Shown one piece after another: positions 22,499 to 35,683 of a stretch of DNA of 64,000 nucleotides. The translations under genes were made by a program, and so were the position numbers. Where the stretch lies: NCBI GenBank assembly GCA_043228905.1, contig JBHGNT010000016.1, positions 14,136,001 through 14,200,000 of the forward strand, read 5' to 3'. Under the pieces are notes generated by a model. That model saw only the letters and a list, made by a program, of their open reading frames with translations, was not told where the DNA came from and searched no databases. Within the stretch, counting starts at the first letter, position 1, and each line of letters starts with the position of its first letter. The DNA comes from Azolla caroliniana. Its lineage: Eukaryota; Plantae; Polypodiophyta.

Positions 22499-25400
22499 TC
22501 ACTTCGGCATGGGATGTCTCTCCAATCCGATCCTCTTCCGGCATGCTTCCAGCTTGTCGGGTGTGAGCACCTTGGTCAGCATATCCGACCCGTTCTCGTC
22601 CGTGTGGATCTTCGTCAGCACGAACTCCTTGTCTTCTATCCTTTCCCGGATCCAGTGGTATCTACGCTGGATGTGTTTCGTCCGGGAATGATAGGCCGCG
22701 TTCTTTGCAAGGTGGATGGCACTCTGACTATCGCAGTAGAGTCGGTACTCCTCCTGCCGGATACCGAGCTCTCTAATGAAGTCCTTCATCCATATTATTT
22801 CCTTGCCGGCTTCAACAGCTGCCATGTACTCCGCCTCCGTAGTTGACAACGCAACCGTCTTCTGCAGCCTTGACTGCCACGAAACAGCTCCACCTGCATA
22901 CGTCATCACATACCCTGATGTGGACCGGCTGGTATCTGCATCAGCCGACATATCCGAATCGGTGAAGCCGTCGAGTTCGGGCTTACCGGAGCCGAATCGG
23001 AGGCATACGTTTGCCGTGCCCTTCAGGTATCGGAGTATCCACTTGGCCGCATTCCAGTGCTCTTTGCCGGGATTGCTCATGTACCGGCTCACCACTCCGA
23101 CTGCATATCCTATGTCCGGTCTTGTACACACCATCGCGTACATCAAGCTTCCGACGGCAGAGGCATATGGTACTTTCATCATGTCCTCCTTCTCAGCCTT
23201 TGTCTTGGGGCTTTGCTTGCTGGACAACTTGCAGTTTGCCGGGAGGGGTGACCCGACCGGTCTTGCTTCCGACATGTTGAACCGGTGAAGCACCTTTGTT
23301 ACGTACTTCTCCTGTGACAGCCACAACTGCTTCTTCTTCCGGTCCCGGATGATGTGCATCCCTAGTATTTGCCTCGCCGGACCCAGGTCCTTCATTGAGA
23401 AGGTTCGGTGAAGCGCTTTCTTCAGCATCCGTATCTTGACCTGGTCCCGTCCGACGATCAACATGTCGTCCACGTACAGGAGGAGTATTAGGAAGTCTCC
23501 TCCTTTGAACTTCTTCACAAACACGCAGTGATCGGACTGCGTTTTGTGGTACCCTTCGTCGGTCATGAAAGAGTCGAACTTCCGGTACCATTGCCGGGGA
23601 GCCTGCTTCAGTCCGTAAAGGCTCTTCTTCAACCGGCATACCATGTGCTCCTTCCCTTTCTTCTCGAATCCTTCCGGTTGCTGCATGTAGATCTCTTCTT
23701 CGAGGTCACCGTGAAGGAATGCCGTCTTCACGTCTATCTGTTCTACCTCGAGGTCCATGCTTGCCGCTATGCTCAGCACCGTCCGGATGGAGGTCATCTT
23801 CACTACCGGGGCAAATATCTCGTCGAAGTCGACGCCCTTCTTCTGTTGAGACCCCTTCACCACGATCCTGGCTTTGTATCTCGGGGGGTTTCCGGCATCT
23901 CCCGGTTTCAGCTTGAACACCCACTTGTTACGGAGTGCCCGTTTTCCTTTCGGCAACTCCACAAGTTCATATGTGTGGTTCTCATGCAGGGAATCCATCT
24001 CCTCCTACATGGCACTTAACCACCTGCGGCTATGGGTGTCATGCTTCGCTTCTTCAAAGCTCTCCGGCTCCCCCTCGTCGGTTAGCAGCACGTGCTCTGG
24101 TTCCGGAAATCTCCGGGGGGCCCTTCTCTCTCTTAGAGGATATCTCCGTTCCGGAGCTTCGGTAACCGGTTCTTCCGATTCTTCTTCATCCGAATCCATT
24201 TCGGGATCGGGGCCGGTTCCGGTATCATTTTCATCTTCTTCGGCCGGTTCTGATTCTTCACCGTCTTCGGCCGGATCTTCGAGTGTTAACCGGTCCCTTG
24301 CCGGTCGGGACTGCTCCTCGTAGGGTTGATCCTCACCGGTCGACTTGGAGCTCTTCATCTTCTTCTCCGACTCCCAGTCGGCGAGTGTCTTGTCCTCCAT
24401 GAAGATGATGTCTCGACTCCTGAATATTTTCTTGTCGACCGGGTCCCATACTCGGTAGCCGAACTCGTCGTCGCCGTAACCAAGGAATATGCATGGCCGG
24501 GTCTTTGGATCTAGCTTTCCTCTCCGGTCCTTTGCCACATGCACATATGCGAGACACCCGAATACCTTCAGATGCCGGTAAGACACTTCCTTACCGGTCC
24601 ACACTCTCTGTGGCGTGTCTCCATCCAGGGGTACTGAGGGTGATCTATTTATCACATATGTCGCCGTCGACATTGCCTCAGCCCAAAATCCCTTGGGTAA
24701 TTTCGCATGCGCCAGCATACTCCGGACCCTCTCCATTATGGTCCGGTTCATCCTCTCGGCCAGCCCGTTCAGTTCCGGCGTCTTCGGCACTGTAAACTCG
24801 AGCCGGATTCCCTTCGAACGGCAATACTCCTCAAATTGCCCTCGGTATTCTCCTCCGTTATCCGCTCGTATCGCTTTCAGCTTCTTGCCGGATTCTCTTT
24901 CCACTCTCGCGTGGAGTTCTTTGAAGACGGACAATACTTGGTTATTTGTCTTCAGCGGTGCCGTCCACAGCTTCCGGCTGTGATCATCTATGAATGTTAC
25001 GAAGTACTGGGCTCCGCCATGTGACTTCGTTTCTACCTGACACACATCAGAGTGCACCAACTCCAATGGTGCGCTACGTCTCGTCGGTGGCCTTGAGTGG
25101 AAGGAGGTTCGGTTCTGCTTACCGGCCAGGCAATCGGTGCACTTCTCCAGGTGCACATGCTTCACTGGAATGAGGTTGTCATCTGCAAGCCTCTTCATCC
25201 CCTTCATCCCCTTCTCACTCATGTGGCACAGTCTCTTGTGCCACAGCTCACCGGCAGTGTCGGCTGCCACGTTCAGCTCTTCCGGACATAACCGGGCATT
25301 CATCAGGTACAACGTGTTAACTTTCCGGGCCCGAGCCACTATCAGACTCCCCTTGCTGAACTTCATTACGCCGTTCCGGATGCTACCTGTGTAGCCTTCA

Positions 25401-26581
25401 TCATCTAGCCTCCCGGCCGAAATCAGGTTCAATCGAACCTCCGGAACGTGTCGGACATCCTTCAGCAGCATTTTGCATCCGGTCGAGGTTGTTAACCACA
25501 CGTCTCCTATGCCGGCAATCCGGCACGTACCTTCATTTCCCATCCGAACGCAGCCATGCTCACCGGCTGTGTAGGATGAGAAGTATCTTCTCTCCGGGGT
25601 TAGGTGGAACGATGCTCCGGAATCGACCACCCAGGTCGTCTCATCGCCGGCAATGTTTAGTTCACCTTCTTCGGTGATGAGCATGATCTCCTCTTCACTT
25701 GCCGCGAGTGCCGTCGTTCCTTTCCGGTCCTGCCCTCGCCGATCCGGACCTCTCCGGTCCGTGGCTCCCCGGTATGCACCGTTTCGCTCCGGTGACTTCT
25801 TCGAATCGGTGTCGTCGGCTCCGTTGTCCTTTCGGTAATGCCGACAATTCTTCCGGAAGTGCCCCGGCTTCCCACAGTGGAAGCATGTGGGTCTTCCTCT
25901 TGACTGCGACCAGGTCCCCGACTTCTCCCGTCTTTGCGGACTCCGGTTCCATTGTCTTCCCCGTTCCGATTCGGTAAGCAGCGCCTTCGAGTCGGAGGCC
26001 GGTTCTTTATCTCTCCGACGCGCTTCTTCGTTCAAAATACTTGTCTTTACCGTTTGAAGGGACAAGTTATCTTCGGTGCAGGAGGTGCTGAGAGTCACCA
26101 CCAAGTTCTCCCAGCTTTCCGGCAATTTACACATCAGGATGATGGCTTGCATTGCATCCTCCAACGGGAACTTGATCGCCGCAAGCTGGTTCACGAATCC
26201 CATGAACGTGCTTACATGTTCCACCATGCTCTCGCCGTCCCGGTACTTGAGGTTCACTATCTTCCTCATCAGGGAGGTCCGGTTCAACGCATTCTTCCTC
26301 TCGTAGAGGCCCGACAGCTTCCGCCACATCTCATATGCGTTGGTGTCGTTCGCCACATGTTGTAGAACGCTCACGTCGACGTATTGCCGAATGGTTGCAA
26401 CGGCTTTCCGGTTCAGAAGCCTCCATTCCGTCTCAAGTACCCCCTTGGGTATTTCCGACCTGTCGATCGGTTCATACAGGTCCCGAACAATGAGCAGATC
26501 CTCCATCTTTATCTTCCAGTCGGCGTAGTTCTGCGCATTCAGCACCATCATCCCCGGCTGCCCGCTGCCGCCACCTTCCAT
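22499..26581 (-). pseudogene. Gag-Pol polyprotein with a single premature stop at 24005-24007
   Basis: The 876-aa and 499-aa ORFs are in frame and separated by one TAG (AM*EEMDSL, probably CAG>TAG); CFHCGKPGHFRKNC, WVVDSGAS, DDE integrase, LYVDDML, RNase H; Tnt1-like sequence style. Confidence 0.93.
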
Positions 26582-27081
26582 TTTCTGCACTACCGTTGCT
26601 CTGATACCACTTTGTTGAACACAGTGCTCGGCCACAACCGAGGAATAGGATCAACTTCACAGAAAACAAGAAATACAAATTGCACGAAGACAATAGAGAG
26701 AAGAGTACACAGAATGTTTTACGTGGAAAGCCCTAAATGGGAAAAACCACGGGAGTCCTCAAACTCCAACTATCACTATAAACAGAGATGTACAATGGTG
26801 AAGCTACAAGGCAACAACCTTGAGTTCACTGTCTTCGCCACAGGCGGCGGTAATACACAGAGGCAACGACCTCTTCGTCTCTCTCTCTCTCTCTCTCTCT
26901 CTGCTGCTCTCACTTCGCATAAAAATGAGCAACAACCACCAGCAGCACTAAACAGTTTGCCCTAAGTCATATTTATACACATATGACTTTCGGGCTATTT
27001 ACAAATATAGCCTCAAGGGCTCTTGGCAAACATATTCACAAATATGTCCCCGCATCCGGATCTCTCTCCGGGTACATTCGG

Positions 27082-27269
27082 CATCCGGCTCCGTAGCCGG
27101 GGTCTTCCTCATCCGGCTCCGTAGCCGGGGTCTTCCTCCTCCGGCTCCGTAGCCGGGGTCTTCATCATCCGGCTCCGTAGCCGGGGTCTTCCTCATCCGG
27201 CTCCGTAGCCGGGGTCTTCGTCATCCAGCTCCGTAGCCAGGCTCTTCGTCAGCCGGCTCCGTAGCCAGC
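27082..27269. repeat. Same 28-bp tandem array in the other LTR
   Basis: Units at 27082, 27110, 27138, 27166, 27194, 27222 and 27250. Confidence 0.95.
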
Positions 27270-29971
27270 AACCGGGCTTGCCGTCATTTATCTCCGGACA
27301 TCCCATCCGGAGGGACCGAAATCCCAACAAGGTAGCCCGCGCCATGATGCGTGAGAAGCACATGTCGAACTTCTATTGGGCGGAAGCGGCATCCACGGCC
27401 GTCTATCTCATGAATCGATGCACCACAAATAGCGTGCACGAGCTTACTCCATACGAGATCTTCATTGGAAGAAAGCCCATCCTCTCGCACCTGAAGGTGT
27501 TCGGAAGCATTGTGAATGTACACACCCCGAATGAAAGTCGAGAGAAGCCCGACGCGAAGTCGGAAGAATGTATCCTCATAGGATACTTTTCCGCGAAAAA
27601 GGCATACAAGTGCTTCAACCCTTTGACCCGAGCGGTGCGGATAAGTCACGACATTGTTTTTGACGAATCAACATCTTGGTATAAGCCCGATGGGACTCCA
27701 TCCGACCCGATCGAGAAAGAGTTGAATGCCAACTCGGACGACGAAACTCGGCCAAGTCCTCCACCGAAGGACAATCCAAGTTTTACCAAGCTAATTGGCC
27801 CACAAGAGCCTCCACGCGATGAAAACACGTCGCGGCCAAGTCCGACATCGGACAAAGGCAAAGGTAAGATGCCCGAATACGAAGTCGAGGTCCACCCCGA
27901 CGACCGTGATTCGGATGAATCGACTCGCTCACTAGACAGTGAGTTTGGTGTACCCATCATGAGGACACCTGGAGTAAAGAAGGCGCTCACATCGACAAAC
28001 GAGAAACTCCGTTGCTCATCACGAGGGAAGACCCAAGTCACTCGTTACGCCTACAACGAGTATATGGCCCATCACTATGCCCTCGCGATGAAGGTAGTGG
28101 CCGAACAAGAGCACGAGGATCCAACCCTTCGTCATAGGCTTGAGGAGGAGAATAAGCCGCGAAGATCCGCACAACAAAGCCGCGGAGATCCACGCAACGA
28201 GGCAACGAAGCCGCGAAGAGCCGCGCAACAAAGCCGTGGAAAGCCGCGAAGAAAGCCGCAAGTCGCACCGATACCGACAAAGCCGAAGGAAGCTAAACCG
28301 GACGTTGGACGCCTCACACTTGAGCTTGAGGGGGCGTGTTGAGATATCAAGCTCAACTAGTTTAATCTAGTTAGTCAACCTATGTAACTTAGTAGTTACC
28401 TAGATCAAATCTAGTTAATGTGTTGACCTTAAGCCTTTAAATAGGACCTTGTACTTAAGTGAGATATTCTAGATCCTCCACTCCTTAGTACATTTAATTT
28501 AGGACTTACACATAAGTACCTATGTTCTACCCACACATGTGCACCTTTGCACATGGGTTGTATATATACCTCATTGTGGGTATTTTTGTATGTTGATGAC
28601 ACTTTTCAATATAGTCAATCATCCCCCATTTATCTTCGTGGTCATAACTGCAACTTTCTCTCTCTCTCTCTCTCTTCCTCTCACACACTCTCACGTGCAT
28701 ATCATACTAGAATATTGAATACAAAAAGAAAATATACAAAATCTAAAGCACTTAGTAGTGGCTTTAGTGGCAAGTTAATTCATCTCTTATCTTGGAGGTG
28801 CAAGGTTCAAGCCTTACTTGCACCCCTTTGTATGGACTCAAAGGTTACTAGGCTTTAGTCTTATTTTATTTACAAATGTTTGAGTGCACATTACACTTTC
28901 TTGATTTTGTTTGTTCCACACGATTTTCACACCGTTGCCGAAAATCTTCACGACATCGGTCGAGTGATAGTCAAATATATGAGGCTTTTGCCAATATGTT
29001 GGAACCGTGTCAGATCGCACGTCTTTCGTGATCCTCGGGGAAGCTTCATGTTTCGATCCATGGGAGTTGCAACAGATTTACAATCCTTAGGTTCCTACTT
29101 GGGGTCGTGGCGACAGAAGCCATAGAACTTGAGCAATTGGACGTCAAGATGGAATTCCTACATGGAGTCTTCGACGAAGACATTTATATGTCTAAACCGG
29201 CAGACTTGAAGAAAAGCGTTTACAGCTTGAAACAAGCATTGAGGATGTGGTACCTGTTACCAGCCGGCAAAGGAGTCCAGAGTGGGAAACGGAGAGCTAA
29301 TTAAGTAGAAGGAATGTGGTTGTAATTAAGCTATGAGTGTGGACGGACGGACCGGAATCGGTATGCCGTTCTGGATCCGGACCGAACTCGAACAAGTGCG
29401 GATGGCACCGTTTTGTAATACAGACCGGAAACCTATTTAAAGGCCCGGATACAATGTAATAGTTAGCGGTTAATTAATGGAAGCTTAAGCGTTGTTATAT
29501 CTCTGTGTTAATTGCCGTTCTGTCTTAATTGTTATATCTTACGCGTGTTATGAAGAAGATCCTAATAAGTAACTTGATTAAGTCGGAATAAGCATTGAAG
29601 TCTAATCCGGTTGCCGTAACACCCTTTGGTGAAGTGTCTCCCGTAGACACCCTGTGTTAGGCCATTGTCCGGCCCGAAGAGTTAACACAGTTTTTGGCGA
29701 CCACAATTCCTATTTTTGCAGCGAACGATGGCACGGATGGATGTCTAGATCAACGCACGACCTGGTTACAGATTGAACTCGACGCCTTGCCGAAAGGCAA
29801 AGGAGACGCGAGGCTTTCCAGCAAGCGGCGCAGGAAATTAGAGCGGATCGCTCGTTTTCCAACGTAATCCGGAGAGTAGCGGAGGACTCCCTCTGGTTAC
29901 AGCAAACATCGCACCCGGACGACGGCAGCAGCCTAAGCAGCCTCCGGGAAACAGAATCCCTTCTCCACGCG

Positions 29972-32900
29972 TTGGCAAACGGAGAAGGTGAAGCAGAGGC
30001 CTTTTCCGCATATGAATCGGACTCCGAAGGGGAATACAGCGTGCACACGAACTACCGTAGCAGCAACGAAACCCCGGGCAGACCGGAGGACGAAGGATCG
30101 GATACCTTATCGACACCGGAACCGGAACCGGAAGTGCTAACGCTGGAACCCCCGGAACCAGTAGAGGAAGAGCGACCTCCGACACCGGAAGTCGAAGAGG
30201 AGAGGCCTCCGTCACCAAAGGAAGAAAAACAACCGACACCGGAATCAAATCGGGAAAGACCACCAACACTGGAGAAAATTCCGGAACGAGCACCAACACT
30301 ACCAGCCCGCGCACCGATACCGGACGACGACATGCCGTTCCAGTACTCCAAGTATAGAGATGATCCGGACGCGGAAGCTCATGTGCACGCCTTTGAACAG
30401 ACATGGGAAGCCAACCATGTGTCCCAGCGACTGACACCGGAGGAAGAAGAACGCTCTAAGATAGCAGAGTTCGGCGTCACATTGAAGGGACCGGCAGCAA
30501 GATGGCGCCATACGCAGGACCCGTCTACCATCAACACCTTTGCAGATTTAAAGGCTAAATTCATGCATTTTTTTCAAAAGGAGGTGGACCAGACCATAAT
30601 GGTAGGCTTATTTTATACCATCCGGCAAGAGGCAGGGGAGAGCATTCCCCAATTTGTCATCCGGTTTCAACGGATGCATAGTCAGCTTACCCGTGCACCC
30701 CCGGAGGAGGAATTACGGACGATATTCCTAAACGCACTCCGGGAACCCCTACGCACGGTTTGCACGGTAATCGATTTCCGCACAAGTACCATCGACCAGG
30801 TCATTGACCGGGTGAAAGAGATGGAAAAGACAAGCTCCTGGCTCACAATGGGCACACTTCAACGGGCGTTACCGTCCGATGAAGACCTCTGGTTTCGGCA
30901 AGCAATACAGTGCACAACCTGCTTGAATTCCAGACACTCGGCTCTAGAATGCACTATGAGGACACAATGTGTAATCTGTCAATCCAAGAGCCATACGACA
31001 GATAGGTGCGAGTATAATCTATTGACTCGGCAAGCACCGCCCGTCCGACAAATTGAGCCACGCAGCATCCGGGATGAAGAAGACAAACGCTGGCGGCGAA
31101 TGGACCGTGACTGACCGGCACAGGATGTCCGGTATGGCGAGCGACGGGAAAATAATGTCCGGTATGGCGAGCGACGGGAAAATGATGTCCAGTACGGTGA
31201 TCGGGGAGAGAACTATGACCGGCATGATCGGTACCAGGATTACAATAGACGATACGAACAGTATGACCGGGAGCACTCCCCCGGGTATCGTCAGCAACGG
31301 GAGGAATACGGCAGATATAACGGGCAACCCCGTCAAGAGTACCGTAATAAGAAAAGCTATAACAAAAAACGGCATTTTAAAAAAGGCGGCTACCCCCGGG
31401 ATCCAGAACAAGGAGCTCCAAGTAGCCAACCGGTACAAAACCCCGCGCGTACCGTAGGACCTGCCCCGGGTACAACAGACAATGCCGAATCTAGCAATGC
31501 CCGGAAATCCTACTGCTACTACTGCCGACAGGAAGGCCATTATAGTAACCAATGCCCGGTGAAGAGCTATGAAAAACGACCGGCGGTAAATATGGTAGTC
31601 CCTGAGGTGGCAGACCTGCAGCAGTTGACCACAAGGTCGAAGGGCATGGCCAAAGAATGGGAGACACAGGAGACCATCCGCAAACAAGCAACGGAATGGG
31701 TAAAGAAAGAAAACGAGCAGAATGTCACAGACTTACAGCAGCAAAAGGAGAACACCGCAGGGCTTGCCGGCGGTAGTCACTCCGAGAACGAGACATGGCA
31801 GGCGTTGCAAGAATGCCAGATTACGTTACCACTAGGAAGACTCCTACAACTCGTGCCTAGATTCACGGAAGGACAAAAGACGGCCATGACGGTAGGAGAA
31901 CCATCACCGGCACCGGTACTCTTCTCGAATTCAGAGGAGGGACCAACAGTGGTAGACACCAGCAGTCCGGTAATCACTGCCATTGTAAAAGGGAAAGAAC
32001 TCCCCAGCACAGTTATAGACGGAGGCTCTGGGGTAAATGTAATAAGCCTCCGAACGTGTGATGACCTAGGAATCCACGAGTGGGAGCCGTGTCCGTTCTG
32101 GTTGCAGATGGCCGATACAAGCTCAGTGCGGCCGATAGGATTAATACGGAAATTAGAAGTCACCGTCGGCGGGCATAAATTTCACATCTCGGCCGTAGTG
32201 CTACAATTACAAGCACAGGGCACATACCCGCTATTGCTGGGGCGGCCATGGTTGAAAACGGCACATATCAAACAGAATTGGCGAAAAAATATAATTACCT
32301 TCCGGCGAGGAAAAGCCAAGGTACGGGTACCAACACAGCCAAGGACGAGCACTGGCAAGGAATGTACACCGTTGTATGCGGAATGCGTCAACATGCTCGA
32401 AGGGTTAGCAGACGAAGAAGAAGCTCAATACCTGCAGGACAACCCGAAGATCATACCCCTCTTCGAAATAGACATTGCCGAAGCCGTGGCACCGTACTTA
32501 CCTCAACCGGAAGAGGCGGAAGCAGAACCGGATAAAGACGCAATCCGGGAGTTACGGCAAGCGCAGGAAGCGTTGGAACGGGAAATGGCCGTTTCACAGC
32601 GCGTAAAAGCATCGCAACTGGAAGAGGTGAATTTAGGCACCACGGACGAAGCAAAACCGGTGCACATCGCCAAGGAGATGAAGTCCGAAGACAAAATGGC
32701 AATGATAACACTTCTCACGGAATTCCGGGATGTGTTCGCCTGGTCATACGAAGATATGCGAGGACTCGAGCCTCAGTTATACCAGCATCAAGTGCACTTA
32801 AGCAAGGACGCAAAACCAGTGGCACAAAGACAGTACCGGATGAATCCCAATTATGCTGCCAAGGTCAAGGAAGAAATCGACAAACTGCTAAGAGTTGGCT

Positions 32901-35528
32901 TTATCCGTCCGGTAAAGAAAGCGACATGGCTGAGCCCGATCGTAGTCGTACCGAAGAAGAACGGAAAAATTCGAGTTTGCGTGGACTACCGGAAACTCAA
33001 TGCGGCTACGGTAACGGATGCGTTTCCACTTCCGTTCACAGATGGAGTGTTGGATGCCGTTGCCGGCCACGAGGTCTATAGCTTCCTAGACGGATTCAGC
33101 GGGTATAATCAGATCCGGATGCACCCCGACGACCAGGAGAAAACGGCATTCGTCACCGAATGGGGGGTGTTTGTGGCCGTGGTGATGATGTTCGGACTCA
33201 AAACGGCACCGACAACATTTCAAAGAATCATCATGGAAATCTTTGGTGAATATATACCGGCTTTTATGCAAGTTTTCCTTGACGATTTCGCCGTCTATAG
33301 TCGGGAGGAGGACCATTTTCAACACCTCCGTCTTTGTCTAGAAAAGTGTAGAGCATACCGGCTAAGCTTGAATCCGGCAAAGTGTGTATTTGGCGTATCC
33401 GGTGGAACTTTATTAGGACATATCGTGAGCCAGGAAGGTATTGCAGTCGACCCGGACAAAGTGAAAGCCATATTAGAAGCACCGGCGCTGGCAACGGCAA
33501 AGGCATTAAGCCGATTCTTAGGCCAGATCCGGTGGCACAGCCGGATGCTCCGATACTTGGCCGACCTGGCTACACCGTTGCATGCCGCCGTACATCGGAC
33601 ACCGTTCCAGTGGACCGATACTGAGGATAGGGCGTATAACGCCCTCAAGGTACTATTGTCACAGGCACCGGTAGTACAACCTCCAGATTGGAGTAAAGAA
33701 TTTCACGTGTTCGTGGACGCCTCCGACATCGCAATCGGAAGAGTACTGATGCAGCTTACGGAACCAAAGTGGTACCGGCCAGTGTACTATGCCAGCCGAA
33801 AGCTATCCCAAGCAGAACGGAACTACTCTACTACGGAACGGGAAGCTCTAGGAATGATCTACAGTGTGACAAAGTTTCGACACTATTTATTGGGAAGGAA
33901 GTTTTCCTTCCATGTAGATCATTCGGCACTCCTTTACCTGGTGTCCAAGGCGTCACTCACCGACAAATTGGCCCAGTGGACCTTATTGTTACAGGAGTTC
34001 GAGTTCGAAATATTCCACCGACCCGGTATACAACATGCTGTAGCGGATTACTTAAGCCGATTGGAGTCCGGAGAAACGGGTGACGGAGTACCGGATGAGT
34101 TTCCAGATGCGGAACTGTTTCGAGTCACTACGGAGACGGCAACAGATGAGACAGTGGCTCACAAATATGCACCAGTTTCTGAGCACAGGACTACCTCCGG
34201 AAGAGCTGAACCAGGACGAACGGAAACGCCTGGCGGTACAAAGCCGACATTTCTGCTTACTGCAAGACACACTATACCACAAGGGTGCTGACGGCATATG
34301 GAGACGGGCGGTGCGCAGCGATGAAAAGGAACTGATACTGAGGGAAGCCCATTGCGGAGTTGCCGGAGGTCACTATGCCGGAGATGCGACGGCCAGAAAA
34401 ATATGGCAAAGTGGCCTATGGTGGCCAACGACATTAAGAGATGCGGTACGGTACGCAAAAGAATGTGACCTATGCCAGAGAATGGGCCAGCCAACGGAGC
34501 AGGCTCGTATGCCACACCAACTGGTACTACCACTCGAGCCATTCCAAAAGTGGGGGCTGGACTTTGTAGGACCGTTCAAGCCACCGGCAATGAGAACGGG
34601 TAATCGGTACGTTATCGTTGCTACGGATTACTGCACGAAATGGGTAGAGGCCAAAGCTTTACGGGATAACACCGTTGCGTCAACGGCAAAGTTTCTATAT
34701 GAGTACATCTGGTGCCGTTACGGATTCCCCATTGAATTGATAAGTAACCAAGGGGGGCACTTTCTCGGACAAGTAGTGGAAAGCCTAACGACCTTCTATG
34801 CCGTGGTCCACAAACGAAGCACACCTTACTATCCACATGCGAACGGATTAGCGGAATCAACAAACAAGACGCTCCAGAACATCCTTCGGAAGATCGTCAA
34901 CGAGAACCGGACGGATTGGGACAGAAAGCTACATAGCGCGCTTTGGGCATACCGGACGGCATACAAAACGAGCATTCGAACAACACCGTTCCGGTTGGCG
35001 TTCGGACTCGAGGTGGTCATGCCGGTAGAATTTCAAGTACCTAGCTTATGGATCCAGCTACGAGAATGGCTGAACGAGAAGGAGTCGGAGACAATAAGGC
35101 TGACAGCGCTGTGTGAGCTAGAGGGACAACGGTTGGCCAGCATCCTACATTTAGAATTGGAGCAACGGCGACGGAAAGCATTCGTCGACCGGCACAGGAA
35201 AGGTAACGAAAAAATGTTCGCAATCGGCAAACCAGTGTTAGTATTCCAAACCCGGATGGGCAAGATGCCGGGTAAACTAAGGTTTAGATGGACCGGACCA
35301 TATTGGCTAACACGGGAGTATAATGGGTCCTACTAGTTGGGGACACTTGCCGGCGAAGTGCTGGGCAAATGGGTGAATGGATTCCGGTTAAAGGCATTTA
35401 GAGGACCAATGCCTAAGAACCCGTTTGAGCAAAGGACCGACGGCAACCACCAAGACGGCAGAGACGGCAAGCCGGGAACCGGAGAGAATGAGGCCGGTAA
35501 GGGTCCGGGAGGACCAACGGACATGTGA
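29972..35528 (+). pseudogene. Gypsy Gag-Pol (a few stops, one frameshift near 34150)
   Basis: Retrotransposon gag core, CYYCRQEGHYSNQC knuckle (~31514-31555), protease VIDGGSGVN / LLLGRPW, RT FLDGFSGYNQ / FLDDF, RNase H VDASD / EREAL / ADYLSR, integrase HHCC and DDE, GPY motif; gag and pol in the same frame. Confidence 0.93.
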
Positions 35529-35683
35529 CGTCACGCTAATAATAATAATAACTGAAAAAAAAAAAAAAAAAAACAATCATGCAAAAGCGAGGAATGAATG
35601 GATGAAAGAGCGTGGAGCGAAAAGGTACGTAGTGGGCATTTAAAGCGCCACCAGAGGACATAATACTATTTTAAGTACGCGAC

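Larger units (their letters stand above)
21768..27329 (-). mobile_element. Near-intact Tnt1/Tork-like Ty1/copia element
   Basis: LTRs 21768-22488 and 26613-27329; perfect TSD AGGTA (21763-21767 / 27330-27334); PBS TGGTATCAGAGC at 26598-26609 (minus); PPT GTGAAGGGGGAGTT at 22489-22502 (minus). Confidence 0.96.
19263..28709 (+). mobile_element. Copia (family B-related) lacking RT and RNase H; interrupted by a Tork-like element
   Basis: 5' LTR 19263-19703 (TA instead of TG); PBS TGGTATCAGAGC 19704-19715; gag (CHYCGKIGHREEEC), PR (WFVDSGAS) and integrase split at 21767/27330; PPT at 28330-28336; 3' LTR 28337 to ~28709 (truncated). No YVDD or RNase H motifs between integrase and PPT. Confidence 0.88.

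Noticed and set aside
31019-31687. Antisense and alternative-frame ORFs within the gypsy and Tork-like elements
   Set aside because: They are expected shadows of GC-rich coding sequence with short repeats (e.g. the 30-bp x3 repeat at ~31123-31210) and have no independent support.
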